In this document: positions 37,396 through 47,137 of the stretch, in pieces | Layout of the letters: each line of letters begins with the position of its first letter | Numbering within the stretch: the stretch's first letter is position 1 | IMG/VR virus record: IMGVR_UViG_3300021437_000010 | Coordinates: 13,358 to 77,357 of that record | Direction: 5' to 3' (one strand) | Length of the DNA stretch: 64,000 nt | Source of the DNA: a virus | Notes under the pieces: generated by a model | What the model was told of the DNA's origin: nothing | The model's input: only the letters and a program-made list of their open reading frames with translations | Databases searched by the model: none | Translations under genes and position numbers: made by a program

Positions 37396-37604
37396 GCAAA
37401 GATGACATATTTGAGACATATTGGTGTAAAAAGCCAGACGAGGTGGATATACGCATATCGCCCTCATGGACACCTGGATGGAGAGAAGATATAACACAAC
37501 CATGCGCACAAGGCAAAACATATGGAGAAGCTGTTAACACCGCAAAAGAGACGCTAGAGATGCTTGTCAAAGCAACCAATGACGAGGAGGAAAACATAAT
37601 ATGA
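37392..37604 (+). CDS. HicB-like antitoxin domain protein
   Basis: PCAQGKTYGEAVNTAKETLEMLV. Confidence 0.6.
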   Translation: MSKDDIFETYWCKKPDEVDIRISPSWTPGWREDITQPCAQGKTYGEAVNTAKETLEMLVKATNDEEENII

Positions 37605-38206
37605 GCCAATACTGGGTAGATACAGAATTTTTTGATAATGGTTGGACAATAGATTTAATATCTATTGGAATAGTTAGTAGCGACGGAAGAGAGTATTATG
37701 CTCAACATTCTGATTTCAGCTATAATCCATATCTGACTCAATTCATATCTGAAAACACTAAATGGGTAAAAGATAATGTTTTCCCTTATCTTCGTGTGTG
37801 TTCAGGAGATGTGTCTGGATTCATAGAAGAAACTAAAAAAGGATTGCTGAACGCTCCTAACGAAAATCACAGCGGCGTAGGAAGATGCTATAAAAGTGAT
37901 TGTCCTTGGCGTACACACGAAGAACTTAAAAATGAGATAGGTGATTTCATGGATGCTGAGGAGCACGGCAAGCCTGAACTGATAGGTCGGTGCTCTGGAT
38001 ATGACTTTGTAGCACTATGCCAACTATTTGGAACTATGATGGATCTCCCCAGTAAATGGCCTCATTATATCCGTGATCTTCAGTACCTTTTAGACGTGCA
38101 ATATATATCTGATGATGAGTTGCCACAACAAGATGGTAACGCGCATAATGCATTAGATGATGCACATTATATTAAGAAATTATGGGAATACATCGTAGGC
38201 AAATAA
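37601..38206 (+). CDS. DEDDh 3'-5' exoribonuclease (Rv2179c-like)
   Basis: WVDTEF..IDLISIG, YDFVAL and HNALDDA. Confidence 0.85.
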   Translation: MSQYWVDTEFFDNGWTIDLISIGIVSSDGREYYAQHSDFSYNPYLTQFISENTKWVKDNVFPYLRVCSGDVSGFIEETKKGLLNAPNENHSGVGRCYKSDCPWRTHEELKNEIGDFMDAEEHGKPELIGRCSGYDFVALCQLFGTMMDLPSKWPHYIRDLQYLLDVQYISDDELPQQDGNAHNALDDAHYIKKLWEYIVGK

Positions 38207-38396
38207 GGAGAACACAATATGAGCACTACATGCGCACACCCTAACATCACTGAGAATAACGACCTTACGAATTGCAGATGCAGAACGCGAAAAGCTGAGA
38301 AAACCCCATCAAATACGCACGTAGAGGGGTTGACACCTTGCCCAACATATGGCATACTGTCCTTGTTGGGCAAGGCCCGCAAAGAAAAGGAGGAAC

Positions 38397-38600
38397 ATGG
38401 AAATGGACCAGGTCAAGGCGATATTCCGATCTACGGGTTGGACAGTACACATACGCAAACGGTGCAAGGGAACAGAGTACATCTATGCAGCGCGAAGGAT
38501 CGGGAAGGGAGTCAAAGAGGTCTATTTTGCTCCCAAATCGAAAGTAGACCTAATGGACGAAGAGCAGGTACTAGAGAAACTAGCCAACGTCACCAAATAA
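38397..38600 (+). CDS. hypothetical protein
   Basis: Start MEMDQVK after AGGAGG. Confidence 0.55.
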   Translation: MEMDQVKAIFRSTGWTVHIRKRCKGTEYIYAARRIGKGVKEVYFAPKSKVDLMDEEQVLEKLANVTK

Positions 38601-38797
38601 AAAAGGCCTCCGTTTGGAGGCAATGGACAATTGAACTATTAGCAGTATCAAGCTTCTTCTCACGCGTGTGGCAACAAAATGAAAAGAGGCCTAGAGATTC
38701 ACTCGTCTCTGTTACAAGCATACATGATCAAACCAAAATTTGCAATGGTTTTCAGATCGTCTTGTGTAACAGGGTACACAAAGGAAAGAAAGTACCC

Positions 38798-39676
38798 ATG
38801 AAAGAACGATTTAACCCTTTAAACTTCAAAGCCATTGAAACCAAGTATGATGGATACAAATTCCGCTCAAGACTCGAAGCGAGATGGGCGACCTTCTTCA
38901 ATGCCCTTGATATCCCCTATGAGTATGAAAAAGAAGGGTATGACCTAGAGGGGACATGGTATCTCCCTGATTTTTGGTTGCCTAAGCAAGAGTACTTTAT
39001 CGAAATCAAAGGGCAGGAGCCAACAGAGGAAGAGGCAAAAAAAGCAAAAAACCTTGCACTCTACACCAATCAATCCACGCACATCATTTCTGGTAATATT
39101 GCAGTGCCAGGTCATAAGAATGCACATTACATTCATTCTGCACATCCCCCGCTTATTCGTCTTAGCTGGCTAGATGAGTCAGGGCACCAAGAGAAAGATA
39201 TTCCAACATCCTTGGATGCCCGCATAGCCATACAGAGACTTGATGAATTAGGGATGGAATTTGGAGTCGCAATGTTTGCTGGTGGTCTCAAGCGGCTAAC
39301 AATAAAAAGAGCATATAATCAGTCTCTTGCTCTAGACTGGCTAGAGTCGCAAATAGAGTTAGATATACATAACCTTCACAAATTACGTGATCTCATGCCG
39401 TTGCTAAAGAAATGTGAGAATGAACTATTTAGCATATTCTCGCAGACAGACAAAGAGAGCAATGAAAATTATAGGGTCTATGTCATAGGACAGGACGAAG
39501 ATCCTGCTCGACTAGAATGGCAAGCCTGTACTTATTGTAATATGGTTGTTATTGCTAGTGCCTCAATAAAAGGTTCAGACCCTTGGACCTGCCCATGTTG
39601 CAAACGAGGATCTGTCACCAATGATTCCCCTCGCCTACTTGCTGCATACGAAGCAGCTCGTCAGGCCAGATTTTAG
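38798..39676 (+). CDS. PD-(D/E)XK nuclease-like phage protein
   Basis: AIETKYDGYKFRSRLEARWA, YLPDFWLP and FIEIKG; start trimmed from the longer track ORF. Confidence 0.7.
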   Translation: MKERFNPLNFKAIETKYDGYKFRSRLEARWATFFNALDIPYEYEKEGYDLEGTWYLPDFWLPKQEYFIEIKGQEPTEEEAKKAKNLALYTNQSTHIISGNIAVPGHKNAHYIHSAHPPLIRLSWLDESGHQEKDIPTSLDARIAIQRLDELGMEFGVAMFAGGLKRLTIKRAYNQSLALDWLESQIELDIHNLHKLRDLMPLLKKCENELFSIFSQTDKESNENYRVYVIGQDEDPARLEWQACTYCNMVVIASASIKGSDPWTCPCCKRGSVTNDSPRLLAAYEAARQARF

Positions 39677-39696
39677 ATAGGAAGCGAGGTGAAATA

Positions 39697-40887
39697 ATGA
39701 GCAGAAGGCATAGTGTTGTAAGACATCAGGCAAATTACTTCTATGTTCCACTAGAAGATGATTTTCTTGCTATGTATGAAAAAATTGCCAAAGAACTAGA
39801 TCCTGAAAAGATACAGCAAGGTAAGCCAAAAAGCGCATCTAGTGACTGCAAGGCAATGATTGCTGCTATCCTTGAAGGATGGATGAATAGTAAACGGACC
39901 ACGGCCAAAGGCGAAGAGGACCTCTACTCTTACTTCTCTATCGACCAGCTAGTACAACAACTCAGAGGGCGATACAAGCGAAGTGTAATAATCCAGTGCT
40001 TAGGAGAGATGGAAGTAGAAGGAACCTGTACTGATCCCCAGACAGGCGATATACACACGGGAACCATCAAAAAGCGCCCGTATCTTCAAAACATGTACGG
40101 TTACGTTTTAAACCTACCCGTAGTACAAGCACTTATAGATGCTTTACCAGAACAATCACCCTATGACATCAAAGCCAGACCAATACTTGGGCGTCCAAAG
40201 AAAAGCAGTCCAAAAACGGACGGTATTTCTGAAGAATGCAGTCCAAAAAAAGACTGCATTAAAGAAGAGAAAAGCAGTCCAAAAAAAGACGGTATTTCGG
40301 TAAAGCAGTCCAAAAACGGACCGATTAACGCGAAAAGCAGTCCAAAAAAAGACACCCCGTTCTATACACAGAATAGTAATACACAGAATAGTAATAACAC
40401 AGAAGGAAAGAACGTAGGTGGCAAGACCATTCAAGCCACAAAGACCGAACCGGATTCGTCCACTCTTTCGCTCACTTCTTCTTCGTCTTCTCAACTTCTC
40501 CACATTGGGGAGAAGTTATCCACGCAAGAGACCGTGACTCCAAGTCAAATACCAGTACCCTCCGAGTCAAATGAAGTGAAGCGGGTACAGGGATATTGGA
40601 AGAGTCTGGGTCTCATAGTCAAAATCTCCGAGCACTGGGTCATTCTTTCTGAGCATGTCCACAGCTTTGAAGAAATGGACAGCCTCTTTAAGCATACGCA
40701 GTCCTGGGTTAATAACAACCCTCGTGTTACAGACAAAACAGTCCATCCTGGCAATCTTGTGAATTGCCTCAATGGCTGGAAGCAAGCACAAGTGTCACTC
40801 ACTCAAGTCAGTCAGACAAAAGAAAAGGAAGTCGTAACCGTTGGGAATAGGCATCTTGTGAGTTTTAGTTCACGACCACGATTGTAG
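39697..40887 (+). CDS. phage replication initiator (O-like), contains iterons
   Basis: Directly upstream of dnaB; N-terminal wHTH-like region, central low-complexity linker with DNA repeats. Confidence 0.65.
   Translation: MSRRHSVVRHQANYFYVPLEDDFLAMYEKIAKELDPEKIQQGKPKSASSDCKAMIAAILEGWMNSKRTTAKGEEDLYSYFSIDQLVQQLRGRYKRSVIIQCLGEMEVEGTCTDPQTGDIHTGTIKKRPYLQNMYGYVLNLPVVQALIDALPEQSPYDIKARPILGRPKKSSPKTDGISEECSPKKDCIKEEKSSPKKDGISVKQSKNGPINAKSSPKKDTPFYTQNSNTQNSNNTEGKNVGGKTIQATKTEPDSSTLSLTSSSSSQLLHIGEKLSTQETVTPSQIPVPSESNEVKRVQGYWKSLGLIVKISEHWVILSEHVHSFEEMDSLFKHTQSWVNNNPRVTDKTVHPGNLVNCLNGWKQAQVSLTQVSQTKEKEVVTVGNRHLVSFSSRPRL
40205..40402 (+). repeat. iterons and AT-rich repeat (candidate origin 2)
   Basis: Five GCAGTCCAAAAA at 40205, 40238, 40274, 40305 and 40337 (spacing 31-36 bp), then tandem ACACAGAATAGTAAT. 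Confidence 0.8.
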
Positions 40888-40896
40888 GAGAAAACC

Positions 40897-42240
40897 ATGG
40901 AAAAGCAATTACCACAAAATGTTGAAGCTGAGAAGTGCGTTCTGGGTAGCATTCTGATCGACTCTGAGTCTATTACACTGGTAGCTGACTTCCTCAAGTC
41001 GAACGATTTTTACCGCAATGAGCATAGGCAAATCTATAGCGGTATGCTCAGTATTTATGCTCAACATGAGCCAGTAGATTTTCAGATACTTGCTGAGCAG
41101 CTAGAGCGTGATGGCCAACTAGAGGAAATCGGTGGATTTAGCTATCTCATGTCACTCATGAATGAGGTGCCTACCAGTAACAATATAGAGTCTTATGCGC
41201 GTATCGTCAAGAAGAAAGCAGAAAAGCGAGAATTGATTAGAGCAGCTGGGATAATCGCTCAATCTGCTTATAGTGAGGATGAAGACGCTCTTTCGAAAGC
41301 AGAAGAGTTAATTCACTCTGTTAATCAGGGTAAGAGCATCGCTCGTATAACATCTCTTCAAGATGCCGTTTCGCGTTTCATCACCAAGTTAGATAAGTTG
41401 CATGAAAATCGGCTTAAAGGCGTTGTGTCTGGTGTGCCTACTGGGTTTAGAGTGCTCGATCAAATCTTGGGAGGTTTTCAGCCCTCTGATCTTATTGTCC
41501 TTGCAGCCAGACCCGCCGTTGGTAAAACTTCACTTGCTCTAAACGTTGCATTGCGCATTATCAAGGACACAACGCATAAGGGCAACAAAATCATGATGTT
41601 CTCCCTAGAGATGGGAGAGGAACAGTTAGTTCGTAGGCTGATGTCAATGGAAGCAACGGTTGATCAAACGCGGCTGAGGACCGGAGACATTGAGGATGAT
41701 GAGTGGGAACGGATTATGGCCGCCGCTGGTACGCTCTCAACTGATCGGATGTGGATTGATGATACACCTGCCATCTCGCTTACAGAGATGAGAAGCCGTG
41801 CACGCCGTATTCAATCTGAGCATGGGCTAGACTTGATCCTTGTTGACTACATGCAACTCATGAAAGCAATGCAACCCAACGGTAAACACATTGAGAACCG
41901 GACGCAAGAGGTATCTACCATCAGTCGTGGTCTCAAAGAGTTAGCAAGAGAGCTAAATGTCCCCGTAGTAGCGCTAGCACAATTGTCCAGGGCAGTTGAA
42001 AACCGCGCTGACAAGACACCTCAATTGTCTGATTTGCGTGAAAGTGGAACGATTGAGCAAGATAGTGATGTCGTGATGTTCATTCATCAAGATCCTAGCC
42101 AAGAGATGAAAAACAACGGCTATGCACTAAACATCATGGTAGCCAAACATCGTAACGGACCTGTAGGAGTTGAGACGCTGTGGTTTACACCGCATCTTAC
42201 AAGGTTTTCTGACATTGAACAGCAATTTAATGCTGACTAG
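40897..42240 (+). CDS. dnaB: replicative DNA helicase
   Basis: LPQNVEAEKCVLG, LAARPAVGKT, ILVDYMQL, PQLSDLRESGTIEQDSD and KHRNGP. Confidence 0.95.
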   Translation: MEKQLPQNVEAEKCVLGSILIDSESITLVADFLKSNDFYRNEHRQIYSGMLSIYAQHEPVDFQILAEQLERDGQLEEIGGFSYLMSLMNEVPTSNNIESYARIVKKKAEKRELIRAAGIIAQSAYSEDEDALSKAEELIHSVNQGKSIARITSLQDAVSRFITKLDKLHENRLKGVVSGVPTGFRVLDQILGGFQPSDLIVLAARPAVGKTSLALNVALRIIKDTTHKGNKIMMFSLEMGEEQLVRRLMSMEATVDQTRLRTGDIEDDEWERIMAAAGTLSTDRMWIDDTPAISLTEMRSRARRIQSEHGLDLILVDYMQLMKAMQPNGKHIENRTQEVSTISRGLKELARELNVPVVALAQLSRAVENRADKTPQLSDLRESGTIEQDSDVVMFIHQDPSQEMKNNGYALNIMVAKHRNGPVGVETLWFTPHLTRFSDIEQQFNAD

Positions 42241-42261
42241 CAACCAGAAAGGATTTTTATC

Positions 42262-43017
42262 ATGAATACACCAAATCAAGATCGCATCCAAGAGTTACGT
42301 ACAATGCCATACGAGGCATACTTGAAGACGTCAGAGTGGAAAGCAAAGCGAGATCAGTCACTGGAGCGTGATGGTTATCGCTGTCGCGCCTGCAATAGTA
42401 GCGAAAAACTACATGTACACCACCGCACTTATGCACGACGTGGGAACGAAGATATCAATGACCTGACCACTCTTTGCCAGAGTTGCCATGAACACTTCCA
42501 CAAAAAGATAAGCCAGACTGAAATCATGGTACAAACCTATGATGCACCTGTAGTCATTCTTTCTAACGAAGAACAGGCTCTACGTTTGGAAGACCAATTA
42601 ATTGGTCTGATTATGCGGTATCCCGATGTGTGCCCGCATCTTGCAGGAATACTCCAGGAATGTGATTTTATAGATACCAACACACAAGAATTGTTCTGTG
42701 TATTCAGCAATACATATTCTTCTGATGCTTCTTTTACGCTTCAAAATCTTGAACAATTTGTACCATCAGGCCTGATGCCTACTGCACTCAGGGCGATGAA
42801 GTCTATGAAGTTAGAACATCTGATTGATGAGGCAAAACAAGTGAAATACGCTAGAAAGATAGCAATGCGCATGAAACGCTTGATGTTGTCGAGATCAAAC
42901 GAAAAATTGCAGGTGCTTATAGAAGAGGCTGCTATTTCAGGTGATATTGCTGCTGAGGGTCAACTCAGACGAAATATACAAGAAAATCGCAAACTAATGC
43001 TGATACTGCATATGTAG
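42262..43017 (+). CDS. HNH endonuclease with C-terminal helical domain
   Basis: CRAC, LHVHHRTY and LTTLCQSCHEHFH; C-terminal LEDQLIGLIMRYP.. resembles the DnaG C-terminal region. Confidence 0.7.
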   Translation: MNTPNQDRIQELRTMPYEAYLKTSEWKAKRDQSLERDGYRCRACNSSEKLHVHHRTYARRGNEDINDLTTLCQSCHEHFHKKISQTEIMVQTYDAPVVILSNEEQALRLEDQLIGLIMRYPDVCPHLAGILQECDFIDTNTQELFCVFSNTYSSDASFTLQNLEQFVPSGLMPTALRAMKSMKLEHLIDEAKQVKYARKIAMRMKRLMLSRSNEKLQVLIEEAAISGDIAAEGQLRRNIQENRKLMLILHM

Positions 43018-43045
43018 ACGCAGAAAGCGAAGAGGAGAAAGCATC

Positions 43046-43246
43046 GTGATGACGAACGAACAGATCTTGCAGTGGGCAGCTAGTATAAACTTCGCACATA
43101 TCAACATCACGCCGACCTGTCATATTCGCTATGGCAGGCAGCAATGGGAAACGAGACTACCAGAACTCACTGCTAAACAGAGGATGACATTGCAGGGCAA
43201 GATTGAGCGATGTGAAGCAAGGTTATCGAAAGAGAGAGCATCATGA
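43046..43246 (+). CDS. hypothetical protein
   Basis: 66-aa ORF with AGGAG RBS. Confidence 0.45.
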   Translation: MMTNEQILQWAASINFAHINITPTCHIRYGRQQWETRLPELTAKQRMTLQGKIERCEARLSKERAS

Positions 43247-44418
43247 GCACAATGATAGCAACCAGAACTGTGTATCCCATTGGGTACTCGACGCTTGGCT
43301 CTCAAGAGTACATTGACGGGCTGATGAGCAGCCCGCAAACGCTCTTGATCGACACAAGGATCAGCCCTAAATCCTGGAATGCAGAGTGGAGCAAAGATGC
43401 ACTGCAAGAGAAATATGGCGATAGGTACCGTTGGGCAGGACGGTACCTAGGCAATACAGCGTTACGGACTGGTCGTATTGCGATCGCTAATCCAGCGGTA
43501 GGCATCAAAGGACTGATCACGTATCTCAACGAAGGGCATGATCTGGTTCTACTTTGTCAATGCAGGCAATTTTTGAATTGCCATATGAGCGAGATAGTGA
43601 AGCTTTTACATGATAAGATGCCAGAGGTTGAGGTCGTGCAGCAACAGTCCGATACTATCCCATGCTTAAGCATCAGACAGCCTTGGGCTTGGCTCATTGT
43701 CAACGGTTTCAAGAATATTGAAAATCGTGATTGGCCAACAGATTACAGAGGCCCGTTGCTCATCCATGCTGGCAAGGCTTTTGATGAAGACTGCTTCACT
43801 CGCACTACAATTGATCTCGATCTCTTTGATCGTTTCGGGATCGAAGTATTCAATTCGATCCCAAGGTGCACCACAGATTATCGATTAGGCTGCATTATCG
43901 GTCAAGCTGATTTAGTTGATGTGGTCGAGAAGAGCGATAGTCGATGGTTCTGTGGTGACTACGGATTTGTTCTGGAGAATGCAAGGACTATCGACCCTAT
44001 CCCTTATGCTGGCAAACTTAAACTCTTCGATGTGCCTAGAGATGTTGTTCAGGTTGCTCCTGTTTGCTCACCAGAAGGCCAAGAAGAGGCATTGGTAGTT
44101 GAAATTGATGCAGAGGAGGTTGTAGACATAGCGCCTCCAGATTTGGCTCCTGGCAATAATGCTGAGGATAACAAAGAAATCCATAACCATTGTGTTGTCT
44201 GTGGAGAACTAGCAACAGTTGCCAGTCCATCTGGTCGAGAGGACAGCATCTATTGCGAAACTCACGGACATTGTTTAAGATGTGGGTCAAGCGTCGAGCA
44301 TTTCGTAAGGCATCCATACATCACAAATTACGTCTGTAAATGCGTTGTCCAGTTTGAGATGCAAAGGCAACGCGATGAGGATATAAAGCAAGCAAAGCCT
44401 GTAGCATTTAGTTTTTGA
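43243..44418 (+). CDS. DUF488-like plus ASCH domain fusion
   Basis: YPIGYS..LLIDTRISP..RY.LGN..LLCQC (DUF488-like); CLSIRQPWAWLIVNGFKNIENR..YRGPLLIHAG (ASCH). Confidence 0.75.
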   Translation: MSTMIATRTVYPIGYSTLGSQEYIDGLMSSPQTLLIDTRISPKSWNAEWSKDALQEKYGDRYRWAGRYLGNTALRTGRIAIANPAVGIKGLITYLNEGHDLVLLCQCRQFLNCHMSEIVKLLHDKMPEVEVVQQQSDTIPCLSIRQPWAWLIVNGFKNIENRDWPTDYRGPLLIHAGKAFDEDCFTRTTIDLDLFDRFGIEVFNSIPRCTTDYRLGCIIGQADLVDVVEKSDSRWFCGDYGFVLENARTIDPIPYAGKLKLFDVPRDVVQVAPVCSPEGQEEALVVEIDAEEVVDIAPPDLAPGNNAEDNKEIHNHCVVCGELATVASPSGREDSIYCETHGHCLRCGSSVEHFVRHPYITNYVCKCVVQFEMQRQRDEDIKQAKPVAFSF

Positions 44419-44562
44419 GAATTCAGGTAGTTGCTCTGAAATATGGGTAACTACCTTAGAGGTGTGTTATGCATATAACGCTTTGGGAGTGCGTTGTAGG
44501 TGCTCCTGTCATTGTGTTTAGCGTTATGTGCATCATTGAATTATTTAGAAAGGACTAGTATT

Positions 44563-45165
44563 GTGTTGTCAGACAAGCGCATCATTGAAGAGATGCAAAA
44601 TGGCAATATTGTCATTGAGCCATTTGACGAGCGGCAATTAGGCACTAACAGCTATGATTGCCGATTAGGTGAATGGTACTTTGCTCAAGACATCGAAGGC
44701 CAGGAACTGCGTCTCTTCAGCGAGGACATAAGAACATCATGGGGAGGGCCACGCAAAGCGAAAAATGGGGAGATCCCTGTGAGGCCTGGTGAAACTATCT
44801 TAGCGCATACCATGGAGATTGTTGGTGGACAAAACGGATTCCTTGCTAAAATGCATACGCGCTCTACAGTTGCAAGAAGTGGATTAAGTGTATGTAGGTG
44901 TGCAGGTTTAGGAGATGTTTTTTACATCAACATCTGGGTGATGGAGATTTCAAATCATACTCACAATACTATCTGGATACCAGTTGGAGGACGTATTTGT
45001 CAAATGTGCTTTTATGAGACGGGAGAAACGCTAAAGAGTTATTCTGGCAGCTACGGGCAAAAGGAGGCATGGTCACCAAATGATATGTTACCTTCGGCAA
45101 AGTCTGATTGGTCAGTAGCAGAGTATCGAAATAGAGAGGAAAATAATGGAAGTACCGCCAAATAG
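44563..45165 (+). CDS. dcd: dCTP deaminase
   Basis: LSDKRI, NSYDCRLG, RSTVARSG, MEISN and GRICQMCF. Confidence 0.85.
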   Translation: MLSDKRIIEEMQNGNIVIEPFDERQLGTNSYDCRLGEWYFAQDIEGQELRLFSEDIRTSWGGPRKAKNGEIPVRPGETILAHTMEIVGGQNGFLAKMHTRSTVARSGLSVCRCAGLGDVFYINIWVMEISNHTHNTIWIPVGGRICQMCFYETGETLKSYSGSYGQKEAWSPNDMLPSAKSDWSVAEYRNREENNGSTAK

Positions 45166-45370
45166 TGATCACTACAAGAAACTAGCAATCGAGCCGTTGA
45201 CTGTCATTCTCGCAAATAACTATGGTTTCCTCAAAGGCAACGCTATCAAGTATTTAATGCGAGAAGAGTACAAGAATGGCGTGGATGATTTAGAGAAGGC
45301 GATATGGTATATCAAGTTACTCGTCAAAGAGCGAGAGCGTGCAAATGGCGAGATTATTCGAGAAGACTAA
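45146..45370 (+). CDS. DUF3310 family protein
   Basis: HYK..IEP, FLKGNAIKYLMR..KNGVDDLEKAIWYI. Confidence 0.85.
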   Translation: MEVPPNSDHYKKLAIEPLTVILANNYGFLKGNAIKYLMREEYKNGVDDLEKAIWYIKLLVKERERANGEIIRED

Positions 45371-45528
45371 TAAGCCCATCAGCAGATAGCCTACAGACTA
45401 TCCCTGCAAAACAACAGGTGGCTTGCAGTAGTATAAAGCTATATTCTACCGCGAAGCCTGATACTCTCTCAGAAACGCATTGTGACGCGATATGGAGCAT
45501 CCGACAAAATCAGGAGGTGATCAACAAC

Positions 45529-45780
45529 TTGGCAAAGTCAACATGTGTCGCTTGCAGCGAGGTATTCTTCTCAATCTCAGGTTTCAATATGCATCGTGTA
45601 GGTGGATATGGTGATGCCATATATAGTGATAAACAAGTCATAGGATATACAAAACCAGATAGAAGGTGCTTATCACCTCTTGAAATGGCAAGCAAGGGTA
45701 TGGGCAGGAACAAGAGAGGACTATGGTCAACAGGTCTTTTTGATGCTTCTATGTTCGAAAAGAAAGGAAGTGAAGAATGA
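45529..45780 (+). CDS. FDXHR-like phage zinc-binding protein
   Basis: TTG start after AGGAGGT; CVAC..F.S..GFNMHR..C.SP.EM..G..W. Confidence 0.6.
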   Translation: MAKSTCVACSEVFFSISGFNMHRVGGYGDAIYSDKQVIGYTKPDRRCLSPLEMASKGMGRNKRGLWSTGLFDASMFEKKGSEE

Positions 45781-46616
45781 GCAATCCAACAGTTTTCACC
45801 ACATCGCAAGGCACGCGCTACCTCAAAGAGCCGGGCGTTGTTCTTCTCTCCAGGCCGTCTGTAGATCTCTCTGGTATGTCGGCTTTTCTTGATGGTCTGG
45901 GCTGCTCAGAGTATCTCAATGACCCGACCAATTTACCCAGTGGTACGCAACTCTGCAAGACTGCTGGCCAGCTCTGCTACATGTCGTTCGGAGAGAAACG
46001 AACAAAGAATGACAATGCTGAGAAGTATTTTGAACACATTAAAGAGGCGTATCATGGCAGTGTATTAGAACATGCTAACTACAGTGTATTGCTTTATGGC
46101 GTGTCTCGCAGTCAAACACATGAACTAATCACGCATAGGTTTCTTAGCAAGTCTCAAGTGTCACAACGCTATGTATCAGGCAATTTATTGCGTTTTGTTG
46201 AGAGACCAGAATATCAGGATGATGAAGAGTTACATGCGATGTTTGAGGAGCGTATTGATAAAACATTCAAAGAGTATCATATCATTGCAGGTAAATTGCT
46301 AGAAAGGCAAAAGGCAGGAAATAAAATACTGATTGCTGATATTAAGACTGACCTGAGAAAGAAGGTCAATCAGGCGGCTCGTTCAGTTCTTCCAAACGAA
46401 ACAGAAGCTCCATGCATAGTAACGACAAATATACGCGCATGGAGACATATCATAGAATCTCGTGCGCATATAGGAGCGGAGATAGAGATACGCGCATTAG
46501 CCATGAAAGTGTTTCACCTTCTTCAATCTACTGAGCCGATTCTCTTTGCCGACTATACAGTAGAAGGGCTTGCAGACGGCACTGAAGCGGTTAGAACAGA
46601 ATACCGCAAAGTGTGA
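45777..46616 (+). CDS. thyX: FAD-dependent thymidylate synthase
   Basis: HGSVLEHA, THELITHRFLSKSQVSQRY, ARSVLPN, NIRAWRH and EIRALA. Confidence 0.9.
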   Translation: MSNPTVFTTSQGTRYLKEPGVVLLSRPSVDLSGMSAFLDGLGCSEYLNDPTNLPSGTQLCKTAGQLCYMSFGEKRTKNDNAEKYFEHIKEAYHGSVLEHANYSVLLYGVSRSQTHELITHRFLSKSQVSQRYVSGNLLRFVERPEYQDDEELHAMFEERIDKTFKEYHIIAGKLLERQKAGNKILIADIKTDLRKKVNQAARSVLPNETEAPCIVTTNIRAWRHIIESRAHIGAEIEIRALAMKVFHLLQSTEPILFADYTVEGLADGTEAVRTEYRKV

Positions 46617-46745
46617 TTTCACCGTCCGTGCAATGTCTGCACGACCTGTTGACAATCAACATAACTGTATGTTACTCTTTGTGCATGAAGAGGCAATTGT
46701 GCCTCGCTATTATTTCAAAGTCAGTTTTAGAATGAGAGACAAACA

Positions 46746-46949
46746 ATGACACAAACAAACACCGGATTGTTGACCGTTCGTGAAGTAGCACAATCTTTGC
46801 GTGTCGATGATACAACCGTGAGGCGTTGGATTAAAAATGGTGTATTAGCGGCAATTTCGTTACCACATAGAAATACTCGTCAGGCTTATCGAGTAAAAAG
46901 CGATACTCTTAACGAGTTGCTTATGACCACCACAGTAGCCACTGCCTAG
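46746..46949 (+). CDS. HTH_17 excisionase-like protein
   Basis: LLTVREVAQSLRVDDTTVRRWIKNG. Confidence 0.85.
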   Translation: MTQTNTGLLTVREVAQSLRVDDTTVRRWIKNGVLAAISLPHRNTRQAYRVKSDTLNELLMTTTVATA

Positions 46950-47137
46950 CCCTTAGACCAGCTTGCTTCCTTGCAACTGGTCTCTTATTTACACATACAG
47001 TACATGATGACAGGACATACGTTCAACTAGAGAGAATACGTTGATATATGCAAATACATCATTTAGAGAGACAGCCTGGATATAAACCGGGGAGCCTTGT
47101 GAGAGGTTGGCATAGGCAGAATTCAGGAGAATTGAGA

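Noticed and set aside
38219-38797. N-terminal extension of the 485-aa track ORF
   Set aside because: It overlaps a better-supported small gene with a strong RBS (38397-38600); the recognisable domain starts at 38798
45777-46616. ThyX motif reading THR instead of RHR
   Set aside because: (T/R)HR-X7-S is within the known motif variation, so it is not evidence of novelty
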